A DNA stretch of 64,000 bases from Octopus sinensis (taxonomy: Eukaryota). Positions within the stretch are counted from its first letter, which is position 1. Every line of letters begins with the position of its first letter. The DNA is taken from assembly GCF_006345805.1 (NCBI RefSeq), contig NC_043019.1:29387360-29451359 (forward strand). The letters are read 5' to 3'. The translations under genes and the position numbers were made by a program. Shown here one piece after another: positions 39,758 through 53,333 of this stretch. Below the pieces are notes generated by a model that was given only the letters and a program-made list of their open reading frames with translations, made no database searches and had not been told where the DNA came from.

Positions 39758-39789
39758 TTAAACCCAAACCTTTTCATCGATGGTCTCTG

Positions 39790-41500
39790 TATTTCCTTAG
39801 TTTCGCACAATTAGTGCTACAAACACCGAGAGCATTGATGAAAATATATCATACAAAGATGAAAAAAAGATAGAGCAACCGAAGAATTTGTAATCACCCT
39901 TTTCCTCTTACAAGTCAATATCCAACAACGCAATTGTAGTACCTGTACTGATACCAATATGAGGAATACTTGACTAAATCCTGATATTGACTACAAACGT
40001 CCACAGAAATAGTGGCATTAAGTTACCATCTCAACAAAAGAAAGAGGGAGGAAGAGGTTTAAGGTCAGTGCATACATTCTTTGAGTACCGTATGATATTC
40101 AGACAGCATTTGCTAAATAATCCTTTCTACTATAGGGACAAAACTTGAAATTTTAGAGGAGAGGGTAAGTCAATTCTACTGATCCAAGTGCTCAACTGGT
40201 ACTTTTTTCACTGACCACAAAAAAGAGGAAAGACAAAGTCAACCTCTGTGGAATTTGAACTCAGAACTTAAAGCGGAAAGAAATGCTGCTAAGCATCTTG
40301 TCCAGCATGCAAATGATTCTGCAGCAAAAATAAACACATCAACCAAGTCCTGAAAAATGAAGTGAATAATATCCTGCAGGTTAATAGTGAACTCCTCCAG
40401 AAGCACTCACTCACTAATGACTTCTCATCTAAACCCAAAAGGCATAGCTCGTTAAAGACAGGAAAGAGAAAAATATTGCCTAAGACAAAAAATTTTATGC
40501 ATGGCTTTTTTTTCCTGTAAATTTGAAAAAGACGATAATATTGGTTTCAAATTTTGGCACAAGGCCAGTAATTTTGGAAGAGGGCATAAGTCGATTACAG
40601 TGACCCCAGTGCTTAACTGATACTTATTTTATCGACTCTGAAAGGATGAAAGGCAAAGTTGACCTGGGCAGAATCAGAATGTAAGGATGAATGAAATGTC
40701 ACTAAGCATTTTGCCCAGCATAGTAATGATTCTGCCAGCTTGTCACCTTAGTGGATGATGATAATATTAACTCATGACCATCACATCATATCTCAGTGGT
40801 TACACATTTGCATTCCAAGAGCAGGAGATAGCCATGAAATATCTAATGAATAAATGTGACAGTGAAGCCCTTAAATGTTCAAGATGCAACTGTAAATGTC
40901 AATTATGCTACCCTTCTGTGGAGGATATAATACATATAATCAATAGTTGCCCAAAAATGTTATCGAGGTTATGCCTCCCACTGCTACACAATGCTGTTGC
41001 TAAAACAATATACAATGCCACCCACAGAAAAGACTGCCCCAGGAAAAATACAAACAAGATCTCTATTATCGAACACTCAGATATATATCAACAAGGAATA
41101 TCAGTGTAACATTTCTCCAAAACTTCTACCAAGTGCAAACGCAACAGGACTGATATGGTTATTTAGGACAGAAAAGAAAAATTATATATAGTCACAGAGG
41201 TTAGCTGCCCTGCAGATATGAACATCTCTTTCAAAATAGCAAAATGGAGAATATTTATGGAGAACTGCTTCAAAACCTGCAGCTCATCTACTCTGATTAT
41301 AAATTTACATTTATATGAATAAATAAATGTGTAAGTGACATTTTGGAAAAGCTAGCATTTTCAGGCAAAGAAAAAAAGCTGCTAACACACACACTTTTCA
41401 GATACAATCTATAAAATGAAACTGTAAAATATGCAAGAGTTTTCTAAACTTCAACATATAACTTTATTATAATCCAAATTCAAGGAATGAAGTTTTTTTC
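39790..41500 (+). pseudogene. Decayed R4/Dong-like non-LTR retrotransposon (RT thumb, CCHC knuckle, restriction-like endonuclease), interrupted by two SINEs
   Basis: VPVLIPI*GILD, EGGRGLRSV, MHG, AFQEQEI, CQLC...EDIIHIINSCP...H.AVAK, NRTDMVI...EVSCPADMNI motifs in order; SINEs at about 40130-40330 and 40545-40750. Confidence 0.8.
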
Positions 41501-41954
41501 TTTGTTATAAACCAGCTCTGTCCAGCTAAGAAAAATTCTACACATACTCCCACACATCTTAGCATTTCCAGAGAAGGCAACCAATCCAGTTTTGGTGCCA
41601 TGTGAAACTGCACCCAATGCACTCTGTAAAGTGGTTGGTAGATATTAGAAAAAAAAAAACTGAAATGGAATGAGTGAGTGAGTGAGATGCGTTACCTAAC
41701 CCATCTACAGAAGCAATAATCCCAAATAAGAACTGACATAGATCAGAACAACCTATCCAGGATGTAAATTGGAGATAAGATGATGGTGTGTGTGTGTGTG
41801 GTGTGTGTGTGTGTGTGTGTACACCACACACACTCATCATCATCATCATCATTTAATGTCCATTTTCCATACTGGAATGGGTTGGATGGTTTGACAGGAG
41901 CAGACAAGTCAGAAGACTACACCAAGTTCTGCTGTTGGTTTTTCTTTTGACAAG

Positions 41955-43120
41955 GATAAAGCCTTTCACAGGGTCCCTCGTTCACTCATCCGGTAGTTGA
42001 TGAGGAAGCGAGGGGTAGATAAGTGGTTAGTGAGAGCCATACAAGCCACGTACAGGGACGATTTCAGTAAAATGAAAGTCAGCATTGACGACAGTGACAA
42101 ATTTAGGTGTTCACCAAGGATCGGTTCTTAGCCCCCTTTTGTTTATCATAGATTTCCCAGCCATAACTGAGGAATTTAAAACTGATTGCCCTAAGGAACT
42201 TTTCTATGCTGATCTCTACTAGAGTTAGAGAAGAAATTTCAGGTATGGAAGCAAGGACTGGAATCTAAGGCCTTAGAGTTAATTTAGCTAAGACCAAATT
42301 ACTAGTAAGCGGAACAGCAGACAAATTATTACTCCTTTCAGGGAAATGGCCCTATTCAATTTGCAGAAAAGGTGTTTTAGAAATTCCATTCAGTGTACCC
42401 AATGCAATTTATGAACACATAAGAAGTGCAGTGGAATCACAGGCAGGCTAACAGAGAAAGTAGCTTTTATGTGTGATAGATGTGAAGGCATGATGTACAC
42501 AAAGAATGTGAAGGAAATAGATTTCTTCAAATGTGCAAGGAAATCCTTGGAGGTAGTAGATAATTTTCATTACCTACGTGACTAAATTAGCAGCAGTGGA
42601 AGGATCTCTGAAAGCATAGTTGCGAGAACAGGGACTGGCTAGGCAAAGTTCAGAGAGCTATTACTTTCATCGGTCACAAAAGGCCTATTCCTCAGAGTGA
42701 AAGGCAAACTGTATGATGTCTATGTACAGACAGTCATGCTCTAAGGCAGCAAAACATGGGTTGTGACTGAAGAGGACATGCTATGGCTTGAAAGAAATGA
42801 AACCAGCATGCTCTGCTGGATGTGCAATGTTAGTGTGTACATACAACAAAGTGTAAATGTTTTGAGAGAGAAATTGGATATAGATTGGATATTTGCAGCG
42901 TGCAAAAGAGAAAGAAGTACAGTCGTGTGATGAATATGAATAAGGACAGTTGCATAAACAAGTGTTGATCTCTAAATGTGGAAGAAACCTGTAGAAGAGG
43001 AAGATCCAAGAAGACATGGGATGAAGTGGTGAGAAATGATATTCAGATGTTGAAACTCACAGAGGAGATGACAGAGGACTGAGACAAGTGATATGCTATG
43101 CTTGAGAAGACCTGCCCAGC
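41955..43120 (+). pseudogene. Decayed RTE LINE RT fragment (PHD-bearing family)
   Basis: HQGSVLSP, YAD, Cys-rich insert and GRPKKTWDEVV-like end, collinear with 61377-62569. Confidence 0.85.
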
Positions 43121-43985
43121 AAAGTCAAATCTAAGTCCATGACCCTCTCCCTTTTCTACAAACCAATCATGCCCACTCCAACGTTTTTCACCCCAACATA
43201 CCTGTGCACAATATGCCATTCTAGCTCTCTCCTTTGGAAACTTTATGAACTCACCCACCTATTCAGCCTCTCCAATCTCTGGTCCATTCCACTATATATA
43301 TATACCACCCTGTAACTTGGGTGTACAGCCTCCCTGCCCCCTCTGTCAGACTTTCACCATCTTTCTCTCCCCTCTCACTTCTCCACCTGAGGAAGCTACA
43401 TTTCTCTTCTAATGCAAAACAGCTTGCCGTCTTTCAGTACTACTGCTGACAACTGAGGGGTCTTGTCCTGCAGGTTATCTGATGACCTCACTGCTGATCT
43501 AATGTAGTTGGCATTAGGAAGGGATCCAGCCTTAGAAACCATGCCAAAACAGAGACCCACACACACACACAAACATGTATATAAAATGGATTTTTGCAGT
43601 TTCCATTCACTAAATTTGCCTCACAGAGCATTGGTTGACCCAAAGCTGTGGTAGTAGAGAAGACACTTGTCCAAGGTACACATAACACCATCAAATCTAG
43701 AAACCATGTGTACAAAGCTGTATCTACAAAGATTTTTAATTCGTTAGTGAAGTCAAATTACTATTTAATACATTATGTATAGTCAAAGTCTAGTAAGAGT
43801 AATCAAAACTTAACAATTTGCAAACATGGAAGAATTATTAAAATGCTTTTCAATTATTAAATACATTAATTCGTTTTTCTAAATGTGTTAAAATATTTAT
43901 TAGATTAAATTCTAAAGTGTTGTGGAAATATTTAATCAGTTTAGTTTATTGATCTATGTTTGTTTGTTTTCTTTTGTTCATACAC

Positions 43986-44023
<38 letters not shown>

Positions 44024-44654
44024 TTATGTGTGTATATGTATATTATGTAAATAATTGCATGTGTACATACATACACATTATATGTTTATGTACATATATA
44101 TATATAAATAAAACACACACATACTTATATACAATTACACACACATTTATTTACATAATACTCACATATAAATACATATTTATTATTCTTCAACAAGAAT
44201 GTTGTTGACTAGCTGGTCGAAACTTCAAAGTCACTGTCAACAACATTCTTGTTTAAAAATAATAAATTTGTACTCTACAAAAGTATAGAGTAACCAATCA
44301 GTTTCAGGTAAAATTGTCTTTATTATAACTGAACATAAAACAAGCATAAATATTAATATATAAATACACACACACACACATATACATACATGCATAAAAT
44401 GTATCTTCTTTGGAATATCTGAAAGCATGCACATGAAGCTATAAAGAATACGGTTGTAAAACCCTTTTGGATAGAAAAATTTGAAGGCCTTCAACTTTTT
44501 TTTTATCCAAAAAGGATTTTCAACCCAATATTGACACACTATTATTTCTAGCTTTATATGCGTGCTTCGAGATATTCCAAAAAAGAATGATTTAGCATTT
44601 TTTTGAAAGCTTATAAAATTCTTATGACATTAACATATATATATATATATATAT

Positions 44655-44845
44655 GACACCATGATAGATCGTTAGCTAATACACGCATTTTTTTTTCTCT
44701 CCTTGTTTTTTTCTGTGTATCTTTCTGTGGAAGAGCATAGGCTCGAAACGTAAAAGACTTTTTCTATTCCTGAGCGCTATACTAATACATTTGTTTGTTT
44801 GTACACCACCTGCCTTCGTCTTTTGTTTATTTTCGTAAACTTTCC

Positions 44846-44880
<35 letters not shown>
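44655..44880 (+). mobile_element. Short dispersed element with a variant minimal hammerhead motif (44720-44757)
   Basis: TCTTT-CTGTGGA-A-GAGC-ATAG-GCTC-GAAA-CG-TA-AAAGA; (AT)n on both sides; second copy at 14800. Confidence 0.7.
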
Positions 44881-44899
<19 letters not shown>

Positions 44900-46307
44900 T
44901 AGTTATTTATATGAATGAGTGAAGAAATGAAAGGATGTAGCACTCAACATATTTGTTAGAGTTATCTGTATGTAAACACAATGTGGCATAGCTACACATT
45001 AATGCTTTGTGGTTAAAGGACATGTCCACTATGCCAGATGCTTGGAGACAGTATAGAGAATATCAAATAAATTCAAAAGGGCATCTTGGTGTTTGGGCTT
45101 CCATTGGTCAGCTCAGGCCACATGGTCATAATGCTATGAAAGTAACATCACATCATCCGACACTATACAGGCTCAACAGCCAATGACTTTAGTGAAGATA
45201 ATCGTTTTAACGTTCACTTTTCCATGCTTGCATGGATCAGACAAAGTTCTAACGAGGCAGATTTTCTATGATCAGATTCTCTTCCTGTTGCCAATTCCTT
45301 CCTATTTTCCAAATAAAGTCATATTTACTTATGGCCAAACATGTCCTTGCAGACTATTGGAAATGAATGACACTGCTTGTTTGACTGTGACAATCATTTT
45401 ACAAACTATCATGCAATGTCAAGACAAGGAGACTCAAACATACACACACACACACATAAAACAAGCTTCTTCCAGTTTCTGTCTACCAAATACACTTACA
45501 GTCAACCCATGACAATAGTAGAAGACACTTGCCCAAAGTGGCACACAGTGGGACAGAAAGTATACACAACAAATGCACTACCATCCATGTAGACCATGAC
45601 AGGGTTTGAACTCAGAATACAAGGTGCCAGAACAAATACTGCAAGACGTCTGTTAAAGACTGTCAATCCACTATCCTAAGCCAGTAGTCTATTTGTTAGA
45701 AAGATGAAATATAAAATTCACCTGAGTGAGATTTGAACTCAGAATGCAAGAAACCAGAGTAAACCTTTTGTCCGATGCTCTAATAACTCTGCCAGACCAC
45801 TGCCTGTTGTCTAGTGAAACAATTGTTTTCTTGGCTGTAAATCATATCTATATTTCCTTTCTAATTTTGCTGTCAGGTTTAATATGTTTTATAAAACTTA
45901 ATTGAGAGTGCCACTAACTATAGCACAGAGAAACTACACTTCAAAAGACAAAAGATATGTATAGAAAAGAAATTCTGTGAAGTTTCTTTTTCTTTTTTTT
46001 TATCTCATTATTAGATTAAAGATTCGTAAACGTAATTTCACCACTAAGTAGTATATAAATAAAATAGCCAACTGAAAGTCTAAATTAGTGATATTTTACT
46101 TTATATAGATATTTCAAACACATATGCTGGCTCTTAGTTTATACTTCTTACTTGTATTCCCCATAATTTACTGCTACTGTAAATTGTGTAGTATACATGC
46201 TTCTGTGAGTTGTATTTACTTCAATCAGTATCCCAGATTGACAATTACATCTTTATTGATACCTTCTAACCCATGCCAGCATGAAAGCAGACATTAAATG
46301 ATGATGA

Positions 46308-46351
<44 letters not shown>

Positions 46352-48693
46352 GCATGTTATCTCACTCTCATTAATGAAATAATTTGAGAATAGAGTGGAG
46401 TGAACAATGTGATAGCAGAGTACTGAAAGTACAAGTATCACTGAGCTAAACTTGTTACAAGGTTCACAGACAACAGGTGGACCTGAGCAGTTGCCAAGTG
46501 GTATCCAAGAGATCAGAAAGGGCCAATTGGAAGGCCTCCACAACAATGGGAATATTACTTAGTTAAGTAATTTGGATCAAGATAGAAAAGAATGGCACAA
46601 TCAAGACAAAATCAGGTGTGCATTGTAACCAGCATTGAACTCACCCTCCTAGAATAACATCTAATGCTCTGGTCAATACTGTAATACTGTGATATATATT
46701 ATGTGAGCAGACGGCAGGAGAAATCTCCAAAAGAACTCCCATCAGACAAGTGTTTCAGTCCGTTAGATCCTGACACTCTAAGGAAGACAGGCCCACCTAG
46801 GATACAATTCCTAGGTGCCCTCTATTAATAGGCCAACAAAAAAAAAAAAAAAAAGAAATTTCTTTCCCTGCTAAAAACTTTGAACTGAAACAAGTGGCTT
46901 TTTGGATACACAGAATCTCTGAAAAATGACATTCGGTTATTACCATCATGGCAAGATTTTAAGATATTGGATCACAGAATTTCATTGTCTTTTTTCCAAT
47001 AAAACAGTTTATGAGGAACGAGGCGTAACGTGCAAACATAGATTGAAGGACTTCCTAAGTCAATTATTTCAACATCAACCTCAGAAGGAGAGAAACACAT
47101 ATTTAGCGTGAACATAAAGTGACATAAAAGGGAGGTATTTTTGTATGACACACCATGCAATTACACAGATCTTGGAGAAGAATGATTGTCATGTTTTAGC
47201 CAAGCCCATTTGACCATCTTTACTGTTGCCACCACTAAAATATACAGATTCTTGTCTGATGCTGATTTATCAGTAACCCTTTGCTAATGTACATATCATC
47301 ATCATTTAACATCCATTTTCCATGCAGGCATGGGTTGGGTATTCAACAGGATCAGCTATGGTAAAGGATTGTGCCAAGTTTCAATGTCTGCTTTGGCATG
47401 GTTTTTATGGTTGGATGCCATCTTGAATGAAATTCAGGCAACAGTTGAGAGAGCCAGTCATTGGATATGGTTGAAAAGGAATGACAAAGTCTTCTGATAG
47501 GACGGAGAGGTGATGTGTAGATGTGAAGCAGATACTTGTTTTCCTATGTGGCAAGTCAGATCAACATGACTCCACAATTTCATTGGTGATGATCCTGAAA
47601 TGGACCTAATATCAAATACTAGTCAGTTGATCCAGTAGGCAGGGCCTCACATCAGTGAGTTGGGGTTGGTGCACTGTGAAGCTGTCAAAAGAAAGGCCTT
47701 AAAACAGTGAGCATTCTCTCCTGATGGCCCCTGAAACCTACTGGCATCTGGTGTTTTTGACTGGCTGCACTTGCACAAGAGAGCTGTTTCAAAGTCTCTT
47801 GATAAGTGCACTTTATAAATGCACATGGTGCTTTTTACATAACATCTGCACAAGTGGGATCACGATGAAACTTGCAAGACTAAAAAGCCCTCTTGACAGA
47901 GTGGGGGTTTAGTAGGAAGAGATGTGGCTTTATGCTAGGATGGTTTGGAGGATAAAAAATAATAGAGGGATAGACAAGATCTTTGTTGCTATAGAGAAAA
48001 TACTTGGCTACTGTATATTATACAATGGTGGGTGGGAATAATTGAGATAAAACTGGAGAGAGGTTGGTGATGAGGGGTTGGAGTGTACCTTCAAGATACA
48101 AGCAGGTGAACTGAAGAGAGTGAGAACAGAAGATCAGGAAGGGTGAGAGGGTAAGAGCTGCCAAAATGCAAAAGGAAAGTGAGAGATGGTGAGAGAAGGA
48201 GGTAGGGGTGAATGTAGCGAATATTGAACGAGGGGAGAAGGATGGTTGATAACAAATATGAGTGGGAGGAAGGTGATAAGAATGAGAGATGGATATCAAT
48301 AGAAGTGGCTCAGGGAAGAGGAGAAGATGGCTGGCAACGGAGAAAGGATGAAGAGCAGCAGAATAATAAAACTTTAAATAAGGTAAGGAAGGAAAAGGGG
48401 GAGATGATAGGTGAGTAAAGGTTGCAAGAGAGTGTCATGGAGGGAAATTGTGAGAGATGTAATTAAACTAATTTTATGGCATAGAAGGATCAATAAGATG
48501 GAACAATGATTGAGGTGTCTAATGTTAGAATTATAGTTGTTGCTATTGTTTATTCCTTGTCAATCATTATCTAGTAGGCCTATGATGAAAGACATTCCAG
48601 CCATGACTATCCCATTTTATCTATATTTAGAACAATACTGTCTAGTGTATTGCTTCTTTGATTCATATACAAGCTGTAGGTAGATGTTGTTGT

Positions 48694-48931
48694 AGATGAA
48701 GGTGGCGAGCTGGCAGAATCGTTAGCACGCTGGACAAAATGCTTAGCAGTATTTCGTCTGCTGTTACATTCTGAGTTCAAATTCTACTGAGGTCGACTTT
48801 GCCTTTCATCCTTTCAGGGTCAATAAATTAAGTACTCGTAATGCACTGGGGTCGATGTAATCGACTTAATCCCTTTGTCTGTCCTTGTTTGTCCCCTCTA
48901 TGTTGAGCCCCTTGTGGGTAATAAAGAAATA
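48694..48931 (+). mobile_element. SINE family A copy with 12-bp TSD
   Basis: AGATGTTGTTGT at 48682-48693 and 48932-48943. Confidence 0.9.
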
Positions 48932-49509
48932 AGATGTTGTTGTCCAGCCAACCTTTAAGTAAAAGCACTCCCACCACAACCATCCTGTCTTTTTAAATGA
49001 GTATCTACAGCAGTCATGGGCAAATTGTGGTCGACAGGACTTTCTGAATGGCACACCTATTGAGAAATTACCTTGAATTCTTTTTCAGATGATAAGCCAT
49101 GCCTAATGCAGCCCACTTGTCCAAATAAATAAATAAGGTTGCTCATGCTGGATCTACAACTACATTTTCTAATACATACTTTTTTTTTTTATTTAGTTAA
49201 TGGAATATGAAGATTTGGCTGCTATATCTAGTCAGTTGAGCAAATACTTGGAGGAGTCCCCAGTGGCTCATTAAATGTATAGCTGAAGAAAGAGGTTAGT
49301 TGAATGGCGAATATATAGTTAGACAGTGGAGAGAGAAATGAAATTCTGAATGAACAGATCTCATGAGAGAAAAATACCATTACGTTAATAGGGAAGCAAA
49401 ATTTTGTGTGTGTGTGTGTGGTTAAGAAAGAGTCAAATGCTACACACATTCTTTTCCTCTTGTAAGGGAGATTGTGAAGCACTGAAATAACACTGTTAAC
49501 TCTGTGTGT

Positions 49510-49542
<33 letters not shown>

Positions 49543-49929
49543 ACAAAGAAAGAAAGTAAAAGCCAAAAGTGTCAATTAAGAAAGGGTTATTTAGGTGATA
49601 GAGGAAAGTTGATACATAGAATATTGTCAATTAAATTTAAGAGATTTGCCTCTTAAAGAATATACTGTAGGTTTGCATTCTGGTGTATCAAATTTCTTCT
49701 GTTTCTTTTAAGTAACAGATTGATATCATATCTGTGTATTCATGCTCAAAGTTAAGGGTTTAGAAACACAGAAAAATGTTTGTTCTACAAAACAGACTTC
49801 CTAACCTCATTGCATTTATTCAAAACTCTAAACCGTAATCAACAAATTTTAAATGATGATATATTAATTATTTTGTAGCTTTAAACACCCGTATTATACT
49901 GTTAATAAATTTTAAAAATTGAATATTAA

Positions 49930-50149
49930 CCCTTTTGTTACCAACCTGGCTGAAACCAGCTCTGGCTCTGAGTACAAATGCCGTGTTTTCATAAGTTTGG
50001 AATTAAAATCTACCACCAAACCTTAGTCATAATTTATGTTCCTAACACTAGCTGAAAGATAACTAAGTTATTTTACTAAATTCTTTGTTATATTTAAAGT
50101 AATTGAAAGAAGCACAGAGCATCTCAAAATAAATACAGTAACAAAAGGG
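49930..50149 (+). mobile_element. piggyBac-like MITE, complete
   Basis: TTAA TSDs, TIRs CCCTTTTGTTAC / GTAACAAAAGGG. Confidence 0.9.
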
Positions 50150-50855
50150 TTAATAATAGAAATAGTGAAATCAATCATCATCATTCCATGTTCATTTAGA
50201 ATCCATATTCTATGCTGGTATAGATTGGGCAGTTATACAGGATCCAACAGAACAAGTTTCTTGCTGTAGGGGAGCTACACAGCTACTCACATTATAGAAA
50301 AGAGGGTAGGACTAATTAGTGTGGAACTGTAAGAGCGGTGATGAGGTGACAGGGTGGACCCACAAGGAATAAGGTTACCATATAACTTATACCTATATAC
50401 CACCATTCATGAGCAAGATTTATTCAGTGAGGCACATATGCAGATCAGCTAAATCTGATGATAATGATCTCTGATTTTGAATCTATAAGTAATATGAACA
50501 GACTGAATTCTATACTCGTAAATGTGCATAGGTGTGTACATGTGAATGCTTGTGTCTGTGATGCAACACATTCTGACAAATGTAATCTGGAGCATAATTC
50601 CACAAAGTGATTCATAAATAGTTAATAAGTTAGGATATCAGGATATATATACAGCTGAGATATTAGTATATTTACAGCTAAGGCACTAGTCCATATGATA
50701 GAAAATATTTTAAACAACTCAGAAAAACTACATCAAATAAACACATCTCAAAAAACCTATTTAATGATGAGGTCAATCCATTTTATCTGAACTGAACTCA
50801 TAACTTGCTTCAATAATTAGCTTCAATAAATGAGACAGTGATGGCAGTTCCTTCA

Positions 50856-51045
50856 TATCATCATCATCGTTTAACGTCCGTTTCCCATGCTAGCATGGTT
50901 TGGACGGTTCGACCGGGGTCTGGGAAGCCAGGAGGCTGCACCATGCTCCAGTCTGATCTGGCAATGTTTCTACAGCTGGATGCCCTTCCTAATGCCAACC
51001 ACTCCGTGAGTATAGTGGGTGCTTTTAACGTGCCATGCCTTCGTG
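50856..51045 (-). mobile_element. RTE 3-prime tail copy
   Basis: Matches 60750-60930. Confidence 0.8.
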
Positions 51046-51245
51046 TGGTTACGTAAACCAGTCCGTGATGCTGTAGGAATTTTCTTCCTGCTAGCACTTA
51101 GTAGTTTTAAAGTGAGATCAAATTCACACAATCTAGTCCCACTCTTTAGACTTGAAGGTCTGGCCATGAGCTAAGATAACCATGGTGAGTAGGCAAGCTG
51201 TAAGTTTTACATTGGAATAGCCTTCATCTAAATGAATTGCCTTAC

Positions 51246-51430
51246 TGGGCAGGAGAGCTGCACCTTCTCTGGAGTTGCTGGAAAAGTGTCAAAGGGGGCA
51301 CTGTACCACCTGAGGGATTCTATTCTTTTATTTGCTGTTGAGGTTGATGTCCCTGCCTTTTCTTTTCCGAAGGTAGTCACAAGGCAGTCATGATTTATGC
51401 TTCGAGTTTCTTCTTGGAAATGTGACGGTA
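51246..51430 (-). CDS. Candidate exon of an unidentified host gene (VPSHFQEETRS...VQLSCP)
   Basis: 185-nt open stretch with raised GC, CCA|GTAAGG donor, weak CAATTAG acceptor; antisense frame also largely open. Confidence 0.3.
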
Positions 51431-51555
51431 CTAATTGCACATTACTACTTCACAAGTACTACGTGGCTTTTGATTGATCGCTGCTTCAAATGTATCAAAA
51501 TACAAAATAATGAAATTAGAGAAAAATCATTTTGGACTTGATAATCTCTTTTTTT

Positions 51556-51780
51556 TAATCCTTTTGTTACCATATTTCAAAAGAAATACACTGTTTTTGT
51601 TTCAATTAATTTTAAAAATAAAGAAGAATTTAATAAATAACATTCACTATTAAGCTAGCGTTTGGAGCATAAATTAACATGAAATATGATGGAAGATTTT
51701 AATCTAGATCATTTAAATCAGGGATCTGTGTCACAGAACCAAAAGGTGGTTTAGGGTGGGTTAGTATCAAAAGGGTTAAA
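51556..51780. mobile_element. piggyBac-like MITE, second subfamily (also about 55508-55736 and 63495-63771)
   Basis: TTAATCCTTTTGTTACC ... GGGTTAGTATCAAAAGGGTTAA termini. Confidence 0.7.
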
Positions 51781-52106
51781 GTAAAAAATAGCTCCAGAAA
51801 ACTCAACTGTTTGCGGAAAAAAACTAACACAGAAATACATAGCATGGGATTGAGACATATATTGCCTTCAACACATATATTTATGTATTGAACGCAACAC
51901 ATGCCAACCAATCTAATCTTAAGCATAATACCACAAAGTACTTGAGATATAGTGAACAATAAGTTAGGATATTTAGAGCTGTGACATTAGTCCACTTGCT
52001 AAATATGGAACAAAGTTAAGCAACTCAGAAATATCACATCAAACAAACATCTGAAAATTCCATAAGTGTGTGTAGGCATGCTTTATTGTACGCACAGACA
52101 CACACA

Positions 52107-52157
<51 letters not shown>

Positions 52158-52925
52158 CACACACATATATACACGTAACAAGGTTGTATATATGTATGTA
52201 TGTAAGTATGTATGCATATGTTTATATGTGTGTGTGTGTGTATATATATATTTATGCACATGTCAACATATATACATATTTATTCTAATGCTATGAACAC
52301 TGGTTTTCCCAACAACCAGTTTTCTCCTTATCGTGCAGCCACTTCTCTGTATTTCTATCGATCCACAAACCTTTCAAACATTTTCTCTATCTGCCTCCCT
52401 TCATACAATTTCTACCAACCAATCCGACATATTCTCTTAATAACTACTTTTGCTATTATTTTTCTCTATTTACCTAACTTTCTTTTGTTGTTTGCATCCA
52501 TCTATCTTTCTAGCATATCCTTCTACCCATCCTTCCTCCTTTACATCTAACTGGCTATCCATTTTGCTATCCCTTTATCCTGTTCAATGGCTGCGTGGTA
52601 AGAAGTTTGCTTCCCAACCACATGGTTCCAGGTTCACTTCCAGTGCATGACACTTTATACAACTGTTTTCTACTATAACCCAAGGTCAACCAAAGCCCAT
52701 GGTGCAAGTGTGTGTATGTGTGTGTATATCCTTATCTTGATATCATGTGATATTGGGTAAAATGAATATCACTGTTATACAAGCAGTGTCATTTGTTTCC
52801 AGGTCTGCAAGAACATGTCTGTCTGGCCATGGGGAAATCTGACATTGCTCGAAAACAAGTAAGAGCTGACAGCAGGAAGAGCATCCAGCCACAGAAAATA
52901 CCTCAATAAAATCTTCCATCATATA

Positions 52926-53333
52926 GGCATAGGAGTGGCTGTGTGGTAAGTTGCTTGCTTACGAGCCACATGGTTCCGAGTTCAGTCCCACTGCGTGGCA
53001 TCTTGGGCAAGTGCCTTCTACTATAGCCTTGGGCCGACCAAAGCCTTGTGAGTGGATTTGGTAGACGGAAACTGAAAGAAGGCCGTCGTATATATGTGTA
53101 TATATATATATATATATGTATGTGTATATGTTTGTGTGTCTGTCTTCGTCCCCCCAACATCGCTTGACAACCGATGCTGATGTGTTTACGTCCCCGTAAC
53201 TTAGCGGTTCAGTAAAAGGAGCCCGATAGAATAAGTACTAGGCTTACAATGAATAAGTCCTGGGGTCGATTTGCTTGACTAAAGGCGGTGTTCCAGCATG
53301 GCCGCAGTCAAATGACTGAAACAAGTAAAATAG
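52926..53333 (+). mobile_element. SINE family B, full length
   Basis: Very similar to 16343-16725. Confidence 0.9.

Noticed and set aside
43387-43430. CTGAGGA..AAAACAGCTT hammerhead-like remnant
   Set aside because: GAAA, stem III and stem I too degenerate to support a call.
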